DNA of 64,000 nt from Coriobacteriaceae bacterium (lineage in GTDB: Bacteria; Actinomycetota; Coriobacteriia; Anaerosomatales; SLCP01). The translations under genes were made by a program, and so were the position numbers. Positions 45,824-55,381 of this stretch are shown piece by piece; positions within the stretch are counted from its first letter, which is position 1, and every line of letters starts with the position of its first letter. The stretch lies in NCBI GenBank assembly GCA_003563465.1, contig PWVH01000129.1:429-64428 (forward strand), given 5' to 3'. Under the pieces are notes generated by a model, which worked only from the letters and a program-made list of their open reading frames with translations, did no database searches and was not told the origin of the DNA.

Positions 45824-47206
45824 CTAGTTCGGCGGTTGTCCCATTCCCGAGCCGTACGAGCCGTCTTCGCCAAGCTGAGGAATAACGTCCTGTCTCGTAG
45901 GCGTCGGAGCTTCGTCCCGGCCGCGAATGTCGAGCGGGTCCACATCTTGAAGAGCTGGCGCAGTGAAGTCCGGGAGTGGAATCTGCTCATCCTGCAGTGC
46001 GCTCCCTGGTGATGAGCCCTCGGGCGGCATGCTGCCGGAAATCGGATGAACTTCTTCGCCCATCGCGCGCGACGCGGCGTCGGGGACGGGAACGGAAACA
46101 ACGTCCGCGCCGGTGACCCGCAGCGCGGGTGCCCGGCCGATCTCTACGTGCATCCCGTCGGTCGCAAGGCTCTGAACGGCATCGAATACTGTCGGGGCCT
46201 CAACCCGCTGCAGGGGAGTCCTTGTCATCGCACTCCCCCGGAGAGCGTCCCGCTGGGCACGGACCTGAGCAAGGCCTTTGTCGGACGTGGTGTCGCCCGC
46301 AGGCAGAAGCGCCAGAGCAAGCACTAGCACCGTCCCGGCAGCCACGGCAGCGCCGCGCCCAGCTCCTTCCAGAACTCCGGGCGAGACACGCGCAGCCTCC
46401 ATGGCCCGCACGAAGATGCCCATGGCTGAACCTTCGGCCACAAGGAAAGGCAGGAAAACCTTCAGGTGTTGTGGGCCCTTCGCGTGACGCATCTCCGCCG
46501 CACAGCTGGAGCACGACCGCAGATGGGCCTCCAACCAGACCTGCTCACTGCGCGAAACACCGCTGCCAAGCGAACGATAGATGTCCTCGACCGCCCGACG
46601 GCAATCGACCGGCATTTCGCCTAACTGCGAGTAAGCCACACCGAAAGCATCGCGAGCCCGCGACACGAGCGTGTCCACTGCCCCGGGGCTGATACCCATG
46701 GTTTCCCCGATCTCCACCGATGAGAGTCCATGCATCTCGCGTAGTATCAGCGCCGAACGGTAACGAGGTCGCAGCTTCCGCAGAGCCAGGAAGACGTTTC
46801 GCGCTCCCTCGCGCTTGAAGAGCTCCTCGGCCGTATCTGCCTGCTTACTGGCAATCGACTCGAGTTCGGCAGCCGGCTCCGTCTCTTTGCGACGTCCTTT
46901 CGCGCGCAACTGGTCTACACATACGTTACGCGAGACTGTGAAAAGCCATGCCCGGGCGCTGTCCACTTGCTGACCTTGGACACGCAGAACCCTCAGGAAG
47001 ACCTCTTGGGTCGCGTCCTCTGCAGCTTGCACGTCTAACAAGCGAGCAAGACAGAAACCGTATACGAGCCCGTGGAAACGACGATACAACTCTGCGAAAG
47101 CGGCATCTTGACCTATGAAGGCGCGCTCGAGCACCGCCTCATCGCTAAGGCGACGGAGCGGCAAGGCCCTCCATGTTAGAGAACGCGTACTCATCCCGGG
47201 CCTCAT
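45824..47206 (-). CDS. ECF sigma-70 factor fused to a zinc anti-sigma (ZAS) motif, a TM helix and an extracytoplasmic tail
   Basis: Region 2 (QEVFLRV...W) and region 4 (SSVEIGETMGISPGAVDTLVSRAR) are followed by HLRSCSSC (Hx3Cx2C), then AAVAAGTVLVLALALLPAG, then a Pro/Asp-rich tail. Confidence 0.8.
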   Translation of the reverse strand: MRPGMSTRSLTWRALPLRRLSDEAVLERAFIGQDAAFAELYRRFHGLVYGFCLARLLDVQAAEDATQEVFLRVLRVQGQQVDSARAWLFTVSRNVCVDQLRAKGRRKETEPAAELESIASKQADTAEELFKREGARNVFLALRKLRPRYRSALILREMHGLSSVEIGETMGISPGAVDTLVSRARDAFGVAYSQLGEMPVDCRRAVEDIYRSLGSGVSRSEQVWLEAHLRSCSSCAAEMRHAKGPQHLKVFLPFLVAEGSAMGIFVRAMEAARVSPGVLEGAGRGAAVAAGTVLVLALALLPAGDTTSDKGLAQVRAQRDALRGSAMTRTPLQRVEAPTVFDAVQSLATDGMHVEIGRAPALRVTGADVVSVPVPDAASRAMGEEVHPISGSMPPEGSSPGSALQDEQIPLPDFTAPALQDVDPLDIRGRDEAPTPTRQDVIPQLGEDGSYGSGMGQPPN

Positions 47207-47263
47207 GACGTTTCCGCATGTTCAATCTTACACTCTCTGACCTACGATACCGGATATGGCAGC

Positions 47264-48106
47264 TCACGGAAGCGCGGTCATCACGACGGCGACGAGGGCC
47301 ATTGCGACCCCGACACGCTGCATGCCGTGAAGTCGCTCGCCAAGGATCGTGCGGGCGAGCAGAATCGTCACCACGGGGTGCATGGCACCGAGAACAGCGA
47401 CCACAGCGAGGGGCCCGATTCTAAGGGCAGTGATCAGTGCGACATTAGCGAACGAATCCAACATACCCGAGCCGCTGGCGAAACCGCGCGCGGCACGATT
47501 CACGACATACCGGCGACTGCGCAAGACGGTAAGCGCGCCGAGGATGACGGCAGAAGTCACACGTGCTGACGCAAGGGGAACGAATCCGCTTTCCGCTCCG
47601 CTGAATGAGAACGCAAGCAGCGTGCCGGAGAAGGCCACGCCTGCCACGACGGCGAGCACGGTCGCACGCACGGACATCGTCTTGCGGGACTCCTCGTCGG
47701 AAGCTGCGCTCACGACTATCACCGCAACGAACGCTAGTGCGATTCCGGCACCGGTGACCGGACGCAGCACCGTGCCTTGGGCGACATCGTAGAGGGTCGG
47801 CAGCGCGGCGGATATGGCTGCCGTCACCGGAGCCACGATGCTCATGCGTCCGATCGCAAGTGCTGCGTAGAGGGCGACCACGGCGAAACCGCTAGTCACG
47901 CCCGCCACGGCGCCCCACACCACGTCTGCAGCCTCGACGGCACGCGCGGGAAAGACGAACGCTGCCAAAGAGAGTATCAGCGCTCCCAGCATGTGCGCGT
48001 TTGCGGTCACGGCGAGCGCGGTGTCGCGCTTGCTCGCTTGTCCGCCCAGGAAGTTCGCAACTCCGAAACATGTTGCAGCAGCGGTCGCCATCAAGGCGGT
48101 GATCAC
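47264..48106 (-). CDS. EamA/DMT-superfamily transporter
   Basis: 280 aa, 10 TM helices, with the two-repeat architecture typical of EamA. Confidence 0.85.
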   Translation of the reverse strand: MITALMATAAATCFGVANFLGGQASKRDTALAVTANAHMLGALILSLAAFVFPARAVEAADVVWGAVAGVTSGFAVVALYAALAIGRMSIVAPVTAAISAALPTLYDVAQGTVLRPVTGAGIALAFVAVIVVSAASDEESRKTMSVRATVLAVVAGVAFSGTLLAFSFSGAESGFVPLASARVTSAVILGALTVLRSRRYVVNRAARGFASGSGMLDSFANVALITALRIGPLAVVAVLGAMHPVVTILLARTILGERLHGMQRVGVAMALVAVVMTALP

Positions 48107-48230
48107 AGAGCGCCACCCTTCTGCGCGCTTGTCCGATCATTCACCCTAGCTTATCTGCATGGTTCCAGCCTCATGCGGCCCACCATGCTACCATCGCGTA
48201 TCCGTTTCGAATGCTGAAACCGGAGGCGTT

Positions 48231-48944
48231 TTGTCCCGTACATCACGTACAGCCAGAAGCATGCTCGCCGGAGCCAAAGAGGTCTCACCCATCATGGTGG
48301 GCATCATCCCGTTCGGTCTCGTGGCTGGAGCCGCGGTGATCAGCGCGGGCTTCGGACTGGCCGAAGTCATCGGTATGTCCCTGCTGGTGAACGCTGGGGC
48401 GTCACAGATTGCAGCGACCGCACTCTTCGCCGAAGGAGCACCTCTTCTCTTGGTGGTCGGGACCGCATTGGTGATCAATGCTCGCCTGTTCATCTACAGC
48501 ACCTCTATCGCCCCGCTCCTGGTACCGCGAGTGGGGTGGTCTCGCCTTCTCCTCGGACATCCACTTGTGGACCAGTCATATGCGATCACGATGACACGAG
48601 GCCGCTACCGCGATGACGTCGACATCGTGCCGTACTACGTAGGTTCGTGGCTCCTGCTAGCTGTGACGTGGCAGGTCTCGAACGTCATCGGGGCACTCGG
48701 TGGGGCCCTCGTGCCTTCATCGTGGTCGCTGGATTTCGCGGTGCCTCTCGTGTTCCTGGCGATGCTCGTACCTGCGCTGAAGTGTCGCGCCGACGTCGAA
48801 GCGGCCGTGGCCACCGCCGTCGCTGCTGCGATTCTGGTACCGCTGATGCCGATGCAGACCGGGCTGATCGTCGCAATCGTGATCGGAATCTCCTGGGGAG
48901 CAGCCCGGTACCGCGAGCGGACTTCCGAGGAGCCGGCCCGGTGA
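48231..48944 (+). CDS. azlC: AzlC-family branched-chain amino acid exporter subunit
   Basis: AzlC-like TM pattern (IPFGLVAGAA, NARLFIYS). Start chosen at TTG 48231 (GGAGG 4 nt upstream); ATG 48261 is the alternative. Confidence 0.8.
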   Translation: MSRTSRTARSMLAGAKEVSPIMVGIIPFGLVAGAAVISAGFGLAEVIGMSLLVNAGASQIAATALFAEGAPLLLVVGTALVINARLFIYSTSIAPLLVPRVGWSRLLLGHPLVDQSYAITMTRGRYRDDVDIVPYYVGSWLLLAVTWQVSNVIGALGGALVPSSWSLDFAVPLVFLAMLVPALKCRADVEAAVATAVAAAILVPLMPMQTGLIVAIVIGISWGAARYRERTSEEPAR

Positions 48945-49279
48945 ACGACACGGTCGCATTCTGGGTGGTCGTCATCTCGCTTGCTGCGGGCACTTTCCTG
49001 TTGCGGAGCATTCCTCTGTGGCTGCACGGACACGGACCTGCCCCCAGGTGGTTGAAGCGGCTGCTCAGACATGTGCCCGCCGCAGCGCTAACCGCACTGG
49101 TGATTCCCGGCTCGCTCTACGTGAAGGCCAACGGTTCCTACGACTTCGCGCCCGCTCGCACAGCCGCCGCAGTCGCAGCACTTCTCGTCGCGGTACGAAC
49201 TCGCAACGTGCTCGCCACTCTCGCCACGGGAATGGCCGTGCTCTGGACAGTCCAGGCACTCATCACGGTAATGGGGTGA
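48941..49279 (+). CDS. azlD: AzlD-family small membrane subunit
   Basis: GTG 48941 overlaps the azlC TGA (GTGA). 112 aa, with AGTFLLRSIPLW typical of AzlD. It lies inside a longer spurious ORF-track entry. Confidence 0.8.
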   Translation: MNDTVAFWVVVISLAAGTFLLRSIPLWLHGHGPAPRWLKRLLRHVPAAALTALVIPGSLYVKANGSYDFAPARTAAAVAALLVAVRTRNVLATLATGMAVLWTVQALITVMG

Positions 49280-49345
49280 GCGGACACTAGATACTCGGCC
49301 TGGTCTATACTACCCGCCATCAGGACCTGCAGACCCGGAGCGCCT

Positions 49346-50491
49346 ATGAGCCGACCCGCGTCCCTTGCAAGCCTCGCGCACATGATCGGGAACACGCCGC
49401 TGCTGGCGATCGACGTGCTCCTGCGCGGCCGCAGCTATCGCGTGTTCGCCAAGGCCGAGCACCTGAATCTCACCGGCTCCATCAAAGACCGTATGGCGCT
49501 CCATGTCCTGCGCCGTGCTACAGAGCGCGGAGAGCTCGCCCCGGCCTCCCCTATCGCCGAAGCCACCAGCGGCAACACCGGCATAGCTGTCGCGGCTATC
49601 GGCCGTGCTCTCGGCCATCCGGTCACAATCTTCATGCCCGACTGGATGAGCGGAGAACGTCGCGACCTGATGCGTTCGCTTGGCGCCGACATCCGATTGG
49701 TGAGCGCGCAGGAGGGTGGTTTCCTCGGCTCTATAGCGCTGGCCGAAGAATTCGCCGCCTCCACTGAGGGCTGCTTCTTGCCGAGGCAGTTCGCCAACGA
49801 TGACAACCCCGGCGCCCATTATGCGACGACCGGACCGGAACTCATGTGGCAGCTGGCTTTCGAGGGTCTTTCGCCCTCGGCATTCGTGGCAGGCGTGGGA
49901 ACCGGCGGCACCGTCATGGGCGTCGGGCTCTATCTGCGCGAACGCGTCGATGGAGTCAGAGTGCATCCGTTGGAGCCATCTAACTCGCCGACGCTGTCCA
50001 CCGGCCATCGCACGGGCTCTCATCGCATCCAGGGAATCTCCGATGAGTTCATTCCACCCATAGTCGATCTCGATTCCCTCGATGCCGTGGTAGCCGTGCA
50101 CGACGGCGACGCCATACTGATGGCCCAGCGCCTGGCTGCCGAACTCGGGCTGGCTGTCGGCATATCGAGTGGAGCGAACTTGCTGGGGGCACTACTCGTC
50201 GCCGAGGAGATGGGTCCGTCTTCTGTGATAGTCACCGTCTTTCCCGATGACAACAAGAAGTACCTTTCCACCGATCTGCTGCGCAAAGAGACGCCCGGTC
50301 CCGATTTCCTATCCCCGGATGTGGTGCTTGAAGGCTTCCGGGCGATAAAGCGCGTCTGCTTCGTGTGCTGTGAGGGAGAGGAGTGCGAGCGGGCCCAGAC
50401 TATGGATAGGTTCTACGCAGGATGTCCGGGTCTGAAGGCGGATCCCACTCGATCAACGCCGTGTAATCCTGCTCGTAGTCCTCAAGAGTGA
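49346..50491 (+). CDS. PLP-dependent cysteine synthase family protein with a Cys-rich C-terminal extension of about 70 aa
   Basis: [16 protein letters not shown] (PLP lysine), [13 protein letters not shown]. The tail [12 protein letters not shown] extends past the usual CysK end. Confidence 0.85.
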   Translation: MSRPASLASLAHMIGNTPLLAIDVLLRGRSYRVFAKAEHLNLTGSIKDRMALHVLRRATERGELAPASPIAEATSGNTGIAVAAIGRALGHPVTIFMPDWMSGERRDLMRSLGADIRLVSAQEGGFLGSIALAEEFAASTEGCFLPRQFANDDNPGAHYATTGPELMWQLAFEGLSPSAFVAGVGTGGTVMGVGLYLRERVDGVRVHPLEPSNSPTLSTGHRTGSHRIQGISDEFIPPIVDLDSLDAVVAVHDGDAILMAQRLAAELGLAVGISSGANLLGALLVAEEMGPSSVIVTVFPDDNKKYLSTDLLRKETPGPDFLSPDVVLEGFRAIKRVCFVCCEGEECERAQTMDRFYAGCPGLKADPTRSTPCNPARSPQE

Positions 50492-51404
50492 GCGGCGCGG
50501 GGGGCGCATGGTACGGGAACTCCCATCGGTCCTCGGTCAAACTGGGAAAACTCGTGCGCACTAATCGGCGTGTAGTGACGAAATCCATCATCGTGTCGAA
50601 GACAGACATTCCGAAAAGGCAGGCCACCTCGTAAGAACCGGTGAGATCATCCGAGCTGATCGTCAGAAGCTCCTCGGTCTGAGCCAAGAGCACGTCTAGT
50701 GATTGCGGCGTGAACGCCGCGAGCCGGGCGCGCAAATCCGAAGGGGACTCGAACCTTCCCGCCGAACGCATGAACCACGAAACGAAGGTCGAGCCGGCCG
50801 GCGAGCGCAAAGCTGTCATCATCCCCCGTCGAGCGATTTCCGGCCTGAGTGCCCCGATGGCAGCCTTCAGGCTCAGCAGATCGCGTCGGGAGTGCCTGAG
50901 TGCTTCGCGCCCCACGTAAGGCGCGAGCAAGCAGACGCGATCCACACGCTCGGCACACCTCTGCAAAGTGCGTAGGACGAACAGCCCGCCGAACGAGAAG
51001 CCGACGAGACCGAATCGTTGCACCCCGACCGCGTCGGCGAGTTCCTCCACCAGCCTGGCGACCAGTTCGCTGTGGTACGGCTGTTCGAAAGCGACGCTGC
51101 CTCCATAGCCCGGAAGCTCGAAGAAGTGCACGGTGTAGCGCTGACCGATGAAACGTATCAGCGGCTCCCACTCGTCGATCAGCGAGATGGTCGCCGGAAC
51201 GGCTATCAGTGGAGGCCCCTCCCCGCACGTGCAGACACGCACGGTAGTCAGGGGCAGCTCCAGCGAACGGCAGACGAGAGAGGGTCGCACTAGAAAGGAT
51301 GCGTGCGCGGGCGCGAGAACCTCGACCACCGGCGAATCCTTTCTGATGGAAGCGTGCGGGAAGTGTGAGACACGAATACGAACACGATTCTCTGTCGAAA
51401 ACAC
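50400..51404 (-). CDS. Alpha/beta-hydrolase fold protein (start uncertain)
   Basis: [10 protein letters not shown] and the nucleophile-elbow-like GFSFGG motif. The N-terminal 40-50 codons of the ORF may not be translated. Confidence 0.7.
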   Translation of the reverse strand: MFSTENRVRIRVSHFPHASIRKDSPVVEVLAPAHASFLVRPSLVCRSLELPLTTVRVCTCGEGPPLIAVPATISLIDEWEPLIRFIGQRYTVHFFELPGYGGSVAFEQPYHSELVARLVEELADAVGVQRFGLVGFSFGGLFVLRTLQRCAERVDRVCLLAPYVGREALRHSRRDLLSLKAAIGALRPEIARRGMMTALRSPAGSTFVSWFMRSAGRFESPSDLRARLAAFTPQSLDVLLAQTEELLTISSDDLTGSYEVACLFGMSVFDTMMDFVTTRRLVRTSFPSLTEDRWEFPYHAPPAPLTLEDYEQDYTALIEWDPPSDPDILRRTYP

Positions 51405-51440
51405 GCCGAACGCAATTCTTGACGAAGCGCCATGTAATAG

Positions 51441-51475
51441 AAAAGCCCCGGTCCCTTGCTGGGACCGGGGCTTTC
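51441..51475 (-). terminator. Intrinsic terminator downstream of cspA
   Basis: AAAGCCCCGGTCCC / GGGACCGGGGCTTT stem with a 5-nt loop. The minus strand continues CTTTTCTATT. Confidence 0.8.
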
Positions 51476-51525
51476 ATCTCAAGCAATGAGAGGCGAGACG
51501 TGACCTCCCGCCACAGCTCAGGTGC

Positions 51526-51729
51526 TTAGAGCTTGCGGACGTTGCTCGCCTGCAGTTTGCCGTTCTGGCCGGTAGTAATCTCAAATGCCACAGCCTGGCC
51601 CTCATCGAGACTCTTGAAGCCTTCGCCCTGGATCTCGCTGTAGTGGACGAACACGTCGTCTCCATCCTCGTGCGAGATGAAGCCGTAGCCCTTGTCAGCG
51701 TTGAACCACTTCACAGTACCTTCAGCCAT
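51526..51729 (-). CDS. cspA: Cold-shock protein (CspA family)
   Basis: [18 protein letters not shown]...VFVHYS: RNP1/RNP2 motifs, 67 aa. Confidence 0.95.
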   Translation of the reverse strand: MAEGTVKWFNADKGYGFISHEDGDDVFVHYSEIQGEGFKSLDEGQAVAFEITTGQNGKLQASNVRKL

Positions 51730-51865
51730 TCCTATTCATCCTTCCGCCCTACTGGGCAAAACAAAGCGACGTGCCCTGTTCTCCGTTCCCTGCGATGTCA
51801 CGATACGCAGGGTGGAGGGGTCACGCCGCGAATCCGTGGGCCACTACGTGTGGCCTCACCGAGGC

Positions 51866-51871
51866 ATTATA
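51866..51871 (-). promoter_or_regulatory. Possible cspA promoter -10 element (TATAAT) implying a 5' UTR of about 130 nt
   Basis: The minus strand reads GCGTATAATGCC. The -35 is poor (CTGGAC). Long csp leaders are typical. Confidence 0.3.
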
Positions 51872-51901
51872 CGCATTCGCCCACGCAAGTCCAGTCAGCG
51901 A

Positions 51902-51965
51902 GTTGCCTCACCAGAAATGTCGTCGAAACCGCTTCGTTGCCTCACGTAAGGATGTCGCCGAACGG
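51902..51965 (+). repeat. Two tandem left-end repeats of the IS (51902-51930 and 51936-51965)
   Basis: GTTGCCTCACCAGAAATGTCGTCGAAACC and GTTGCCTCACGTAAGGATGTCGCCGAACGG. Both match the reverse complement of the right end. Confidence 0.75.
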
Positions 51966-52014
51966 TTAGCGTCGATCCGTCGGTCGTTCCAGACGGCGGG
52001 GAGGCGCAACCAGG

Positions 52015-53050
52015 GTGTCTATGACGATGGCGGAGAAGCACGCGGTGACGAGGAAGCTTTCCGAGAGGTACCGGCGGGCGCGCAAGCTGGAGAAGAGCGC
52101 GCTCATCGACATGTGCTGCGAGGTGACCGGATACAGCCGGGACCACGCCGCGCGCCTGCTGCGCGCAGGCCCGCCCGCAAAGCGGCCGGCGAAACGCCGG
52201 AGGGTGCGCAGACGGACCTACGACGCCGAGGTGCTGTTCGCGCTGAGACGGGTGTGGGCCACACTGGACGGCGCATGCGGCAAGCGGGTCGCCGCGGTCA
52301 TGGGGCAGACCGTCGGCGCGATGGAGCGCCACGGCGAGCTCATGATCTCTTCTGAGGCCCGCGCAAAGCTCCTTGCCGTATCGGCGGCCACGATCGACCG
52401 TATGCTCGCGCCGGATAGGGCCAAGCTCGCCTTGAAGGGACGTGTCGGGACCAAGCCCGGCACGCTGCTCAAGCACCAGATCCCGGTCAAGACGTTTGCG
52501 GAGTGGGACGAGGCGCGTCCGGGCTTCGTCGAGATCGATCTGGTGGGCCACGACGGAGGTGTTCTGCGCGGGGAGCACTGCCAGACCCTCGACGTCACCG
52601 ACGTGGCGACAGGCTGGACTTAAGACGCGAGCGGTGCGCAACAAAGCGCAGGTCCACGTCTTTGCCGCACTGAAGGAGATCCGCGCGGCCCTTCCCTTTC
52701 CGCTGCTCGGCATCGACTCGGACAACGGCAGCGAGTTCATCAACCATGAACTCTACCGCTACTGCCAAGACAAGCGGATCACGTTCACCCGCTCGCGCGC
52801 CTACCGCAAGAACGACAGCTGCTACGTCGAGCAGAAGAACTGGTCGGTGGTGCGGCGCAATGTCGGCTACGCGCGCTACGACACCCTCAACCCCGTTGCG
52901 CTCAAGCGTGAGATCGCAGGCTCACAGAAGCGGCTCTACGAGCTCGTCTCGCTCAAGGAATCGATCAGGAGAAGGGAGGTGCAGACACCCGATCTCGACG
53001 ACATCTATGATGAGTCAACGAATGTGTCCTTCGACGACATTCTTACGTGA
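52015..53050 (+). pseudogene. DDE (integrase-core/rve-like) transposase, frameshifted near 52621 and probably internally deleted
   Basis: ORF 52015-52623 ends ...DVTDVATGWT*, and the reading continues in the +1 frame as ..TRAVRNKAQ...GIDSDNGSEFIN...EQKN. The D, D, E candidates are present. The combined length of about 345 aa looks short, and YDT is joined directly to LNPVALKREI. Confidence 0.75.
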
Positions 53051-53056
53051 GGCAAC
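53027..53056 (+). repeat. Right terminal inverted repeat of the IS
   Basis: TCCTTCGACGACATTCTTACGTGAGGCAAC. The transposase stop codon (53048-53050) lies inside it. Confidence 0.75.
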
Positions 53057-53130
53057 GGGGCGGGAGAACGCATTTGGCGTCTTCTCGAGACCGTTGACTA
53101 CGCTTCACTGTACGTGGGAACCAACTCGGC

Positions 53131-54717
53131 ATGGACGGACTCAGCACTTCCGAGATAGACAAAGCCACGCGATTCCGGGTCTTGGTTGTCACGATCCTTG
53201 GGGCGGGCGTCGTCTTTCTCGACTCGAGCGTCGCCAACATCGCCTTGCCTGCGATCCAGCGCGACCTCGATGTGTCAACAGCGCTTCTGCAGTGGGTCGC
53301 CTCGGGTTATCTGCTGACACTCTCTGTCCTTCTACTCGTCGGCGGTAGATTGGCGGATGTGTTCGGCAGACGACGGATGTTCGTCGCCGGGCTGACCTTC
53401 TATGCACTGCTTGCCGCAGCGGCAGGACTGGCCCCAAACGGTCTGGCGCTGGCCGGAGTGCGCTCCGTGCAGGGCATCGCCGGAGCCATGCTGGTTCCGA
53501 CTACACTCGCGTTGATCAACGCGACCCATCCCGTCAACGAACGAGGGCGAGCAATCGGCATCTGGGCGGGCTGGTCCGGCATTACGACCATTCTGGGGCC
53601 TGTCCTGGGCGGATTCGTGATCGACAATCTATCTTGGCGTTATGCTTTCTTCATCACGCCTGTGGTCGCGTTGGTGGCGCTCGCGCTGTCGCGCAGGGTG
53701 CCCGAATCCAGCGACCCAGACGCCTCTCGCGCCGCGGATCTCCTCGGCGTGCTGCTGTCCTGTGCCGCATTCGGTGGCATCGTGTTCGCCCTCATCCAAG
53801 GTCCGATAGCCGGTTGGGACTCCACCGAGGTAATCGCTGCCGGGACGATCGGCCTCTTGCTGCTTCCGATCTTCGTGATGTGGGAGCGACGTGCAAGCGA
53901 CCCGATGCTCCCGCTAGAGATGTTCGCAAACCGCAACCTCGTCGCGGCCAACGCGGTCACCCTGTTCGTGTACGCCGGCCTGTACGGAACCTTCTTCTAC
54001 GTCGCCCTGTACATCCAGACGACTCTAGCCGGATCCGCAACGATCGCCGGAGGCATGTTCGTCCCGATCACAGTGCTGCTCTTCTTCCTCTCGCCATACG
54101 CAGGCCGTCTGAACGACCGTTTCGGGCCGAGGTGGCTCATGTGCTTCGGACCTCTTGTCGCCGCAGCCGGACTCGTGGTTGCCAGCCTTACCGGACCTGG
54201 TCAGCTTTGGACTGTGTTGATGCCGGGTATCGTTCTCTTCGGCATCGGACTCGGATTCACAGTCGCCCCCGTGACCGCAACCGCCATAGGCGCCGCCGAA
54301 GAACGCTTTTCTGGAGTGGCCTCGGGTTTCAACAACGCGGTCTCACGCGTCGCTGGCCTGCTGGCAATCGCGGCGATGGGAGTGATAGTCGTGCAGCTTT
54401 GGCAGACCGGAATCACCGTGGAGAGCGCCAGTGCCTCCCCAGCGGTCGCGACCGCTCTGGAGGCCGTCGGATTCCAGGCCTTCGTGCTGCCCGACACCAG
54501 CGAGCTAACAGCTCAGCAGGCAGCCGAGGCGACTCGCCTGGCGGGCGAGGTGGCCCGCCGGTCCTTCCGTAACGGAATGCTGCTCGCGGCTGCCTTGGTG
54601 GGGCTCGGCGGGCTGATATCCGCCGTATTCGTGCGCAGTCCCTCCCGCACGGACGGTCAAGAGATATCAGTCACCCGCTCCCCCAGCCAGCTAGAGTGCG
54701 TCACGCGAGAATGCTAG
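53131..54717 (+). CDS. MFS transporter, DHA2 (EmrB/QacA, 14-TMS) drug:H+ antiporter family
   Basis: 528 aa, LDSSVANIALPAIQ N-terminus, GRLADVFGRRR motif A, 14 predicted TM helices. Confidence 0.9.
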   Translation: MDGLSTSEIDKATRFRVLVVTILGAGVVFLDSSVANIALPAIQRDLDVSTALLQWVASGYLLTLSVLLLVGGRLADVFGRRRMFVAGLTFYALLAAAAGLAPNGLALAGVRSVQGIAGAMLVPTTLALINATHPVNERGRAIGIWAGWSGITTILGPVLGGFVIDNLSWRYAFFITPVVALVALALSRRVPESSDPDASRAADLLGVLLSCAAFGGIVFALIQGPIAGWDSTEVIAAGTIGLLLLPIFVMWERRASDPMLPLEMFANRNLVAANAVTLFVYAGLYGTFFYVALYIQTTLAGSATIAGGMFVPITVLLFFLSPYAGRLNDRFGPRWLMCFGPLVAAAGLVVASLTGPGQLWTVLMPGIVLFGIGLGFTVAPVTATAIGAAEERFSGVASGFNNAVSRVAGLLAIAAMGVIVVQLWQTGITVESASASPAVATALEAVGFQAFVLPDTSELTAQQAAEATRLAGEVARRSFRNGMLLAAALVGLGGLISAVFVRSPSRTDGQEISVTRSPSQLECVTREC

Positions 54718-54779
54718 TTTCCTCGGCTATCGCAGATTCCCGAGTGCGAGATAGCACGAAAGTGGAATGTACTTGACAT

Positions 54780-55220
54780 ATGGCAGATCGAATTGACGGG
54801 GTGACCGAGGTGAAGATTGAAGAACTCAAGGACCGGATTCCCGATGTCCGAGAACGCCTGCCTGAGGTTCGCGAACGCATAGAGTCATGGCGCGAGAACC
54901 TTCCAGAGACCCAGACCACAGAAGCCGCCGCAGGTGCTGCGCTTTTCGGCCTCGGGACTCTTGTAGCTGCACTGAATCTTCTTGCAGAACGTCGCAGCGC
55001 GTGGGCCTGGGCTCTCCCTGCCGTCCTGCTTAGCGGAGGAGCAGCTTTGCTCGTCGCGGCGGCCTTGGAGCAACGCAAGGGCCGTATCCTGCAAGCTGAG
55101 GAAGTGGTCCGTGAAGAACTCGACCGACTGGATCCGGTTGCTCGTGCCCAGGTACTCAAAGAGGTGGCAGAGGGCGAAATCGCACGGTTCAGCAAGCAGC
55201 CAAGTGGTGCAGAGGCCTGA
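54780..55220 (+). CDS. Hypothetical membrane protein (two TM helices flanked by charged helical segments)
   Basis: Codon usage looks coding and the competing antisense ORF is Ser/Arg-rich junk. No recognised family, and the RBS is weak. Confidence 0.5.
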   Translation: MADRIDGVTEVKIEELKDRIPDVRERLPEVRERIESWRENLPETQTTEAAAGAALFGLGTLVAALNLLAERRSAWAWALPAVLLSGGAALLVAAALEQRKGRILQAEEVVREELDRLDPVARAQVLKEVAEGEIARFSKQPSGAEA

Positions 55221-55381
55221 GCACGCCCGCAAGCCCCGGCTTCGGCGCCCGCGCTGCCCCGCGGACCTGAAAGACGCTGACGGGCACGGTTTCTTGAACG
55301 GCCTCGGCTCTCCGGTCGCGCTACGCTTCATATGCGAGCCGCTGCGGAATCTGGAATGAAAAGCAGCACAAGAAACGGAGA

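Larger units (their letters stand above)
51902..53056 (+). mobile_element. Decayed insertion sequence (about 1.15 kb) with terminal inverted repeats and a disrupted DDE transposase; family not assigned
   Basis: IRL GTTGCCTCACGTAAGGATGTCGCCGAA (51936-) versus the reverse complement of IRR GTTGCCTCACGTAAGAATGTCGTCGAA (-53056): 25/27 identical. There is an extra IRL-like copy at 51902-51930. Confidence 0.75.

Noticed and set aside
51895-52743. 282-aa minus ORF antisense to the transposase.
   Set aside because: No motifs and Arg-rich. The plus strand carries the DDE transposase remnants and is bounded by the IS inverted repeats.
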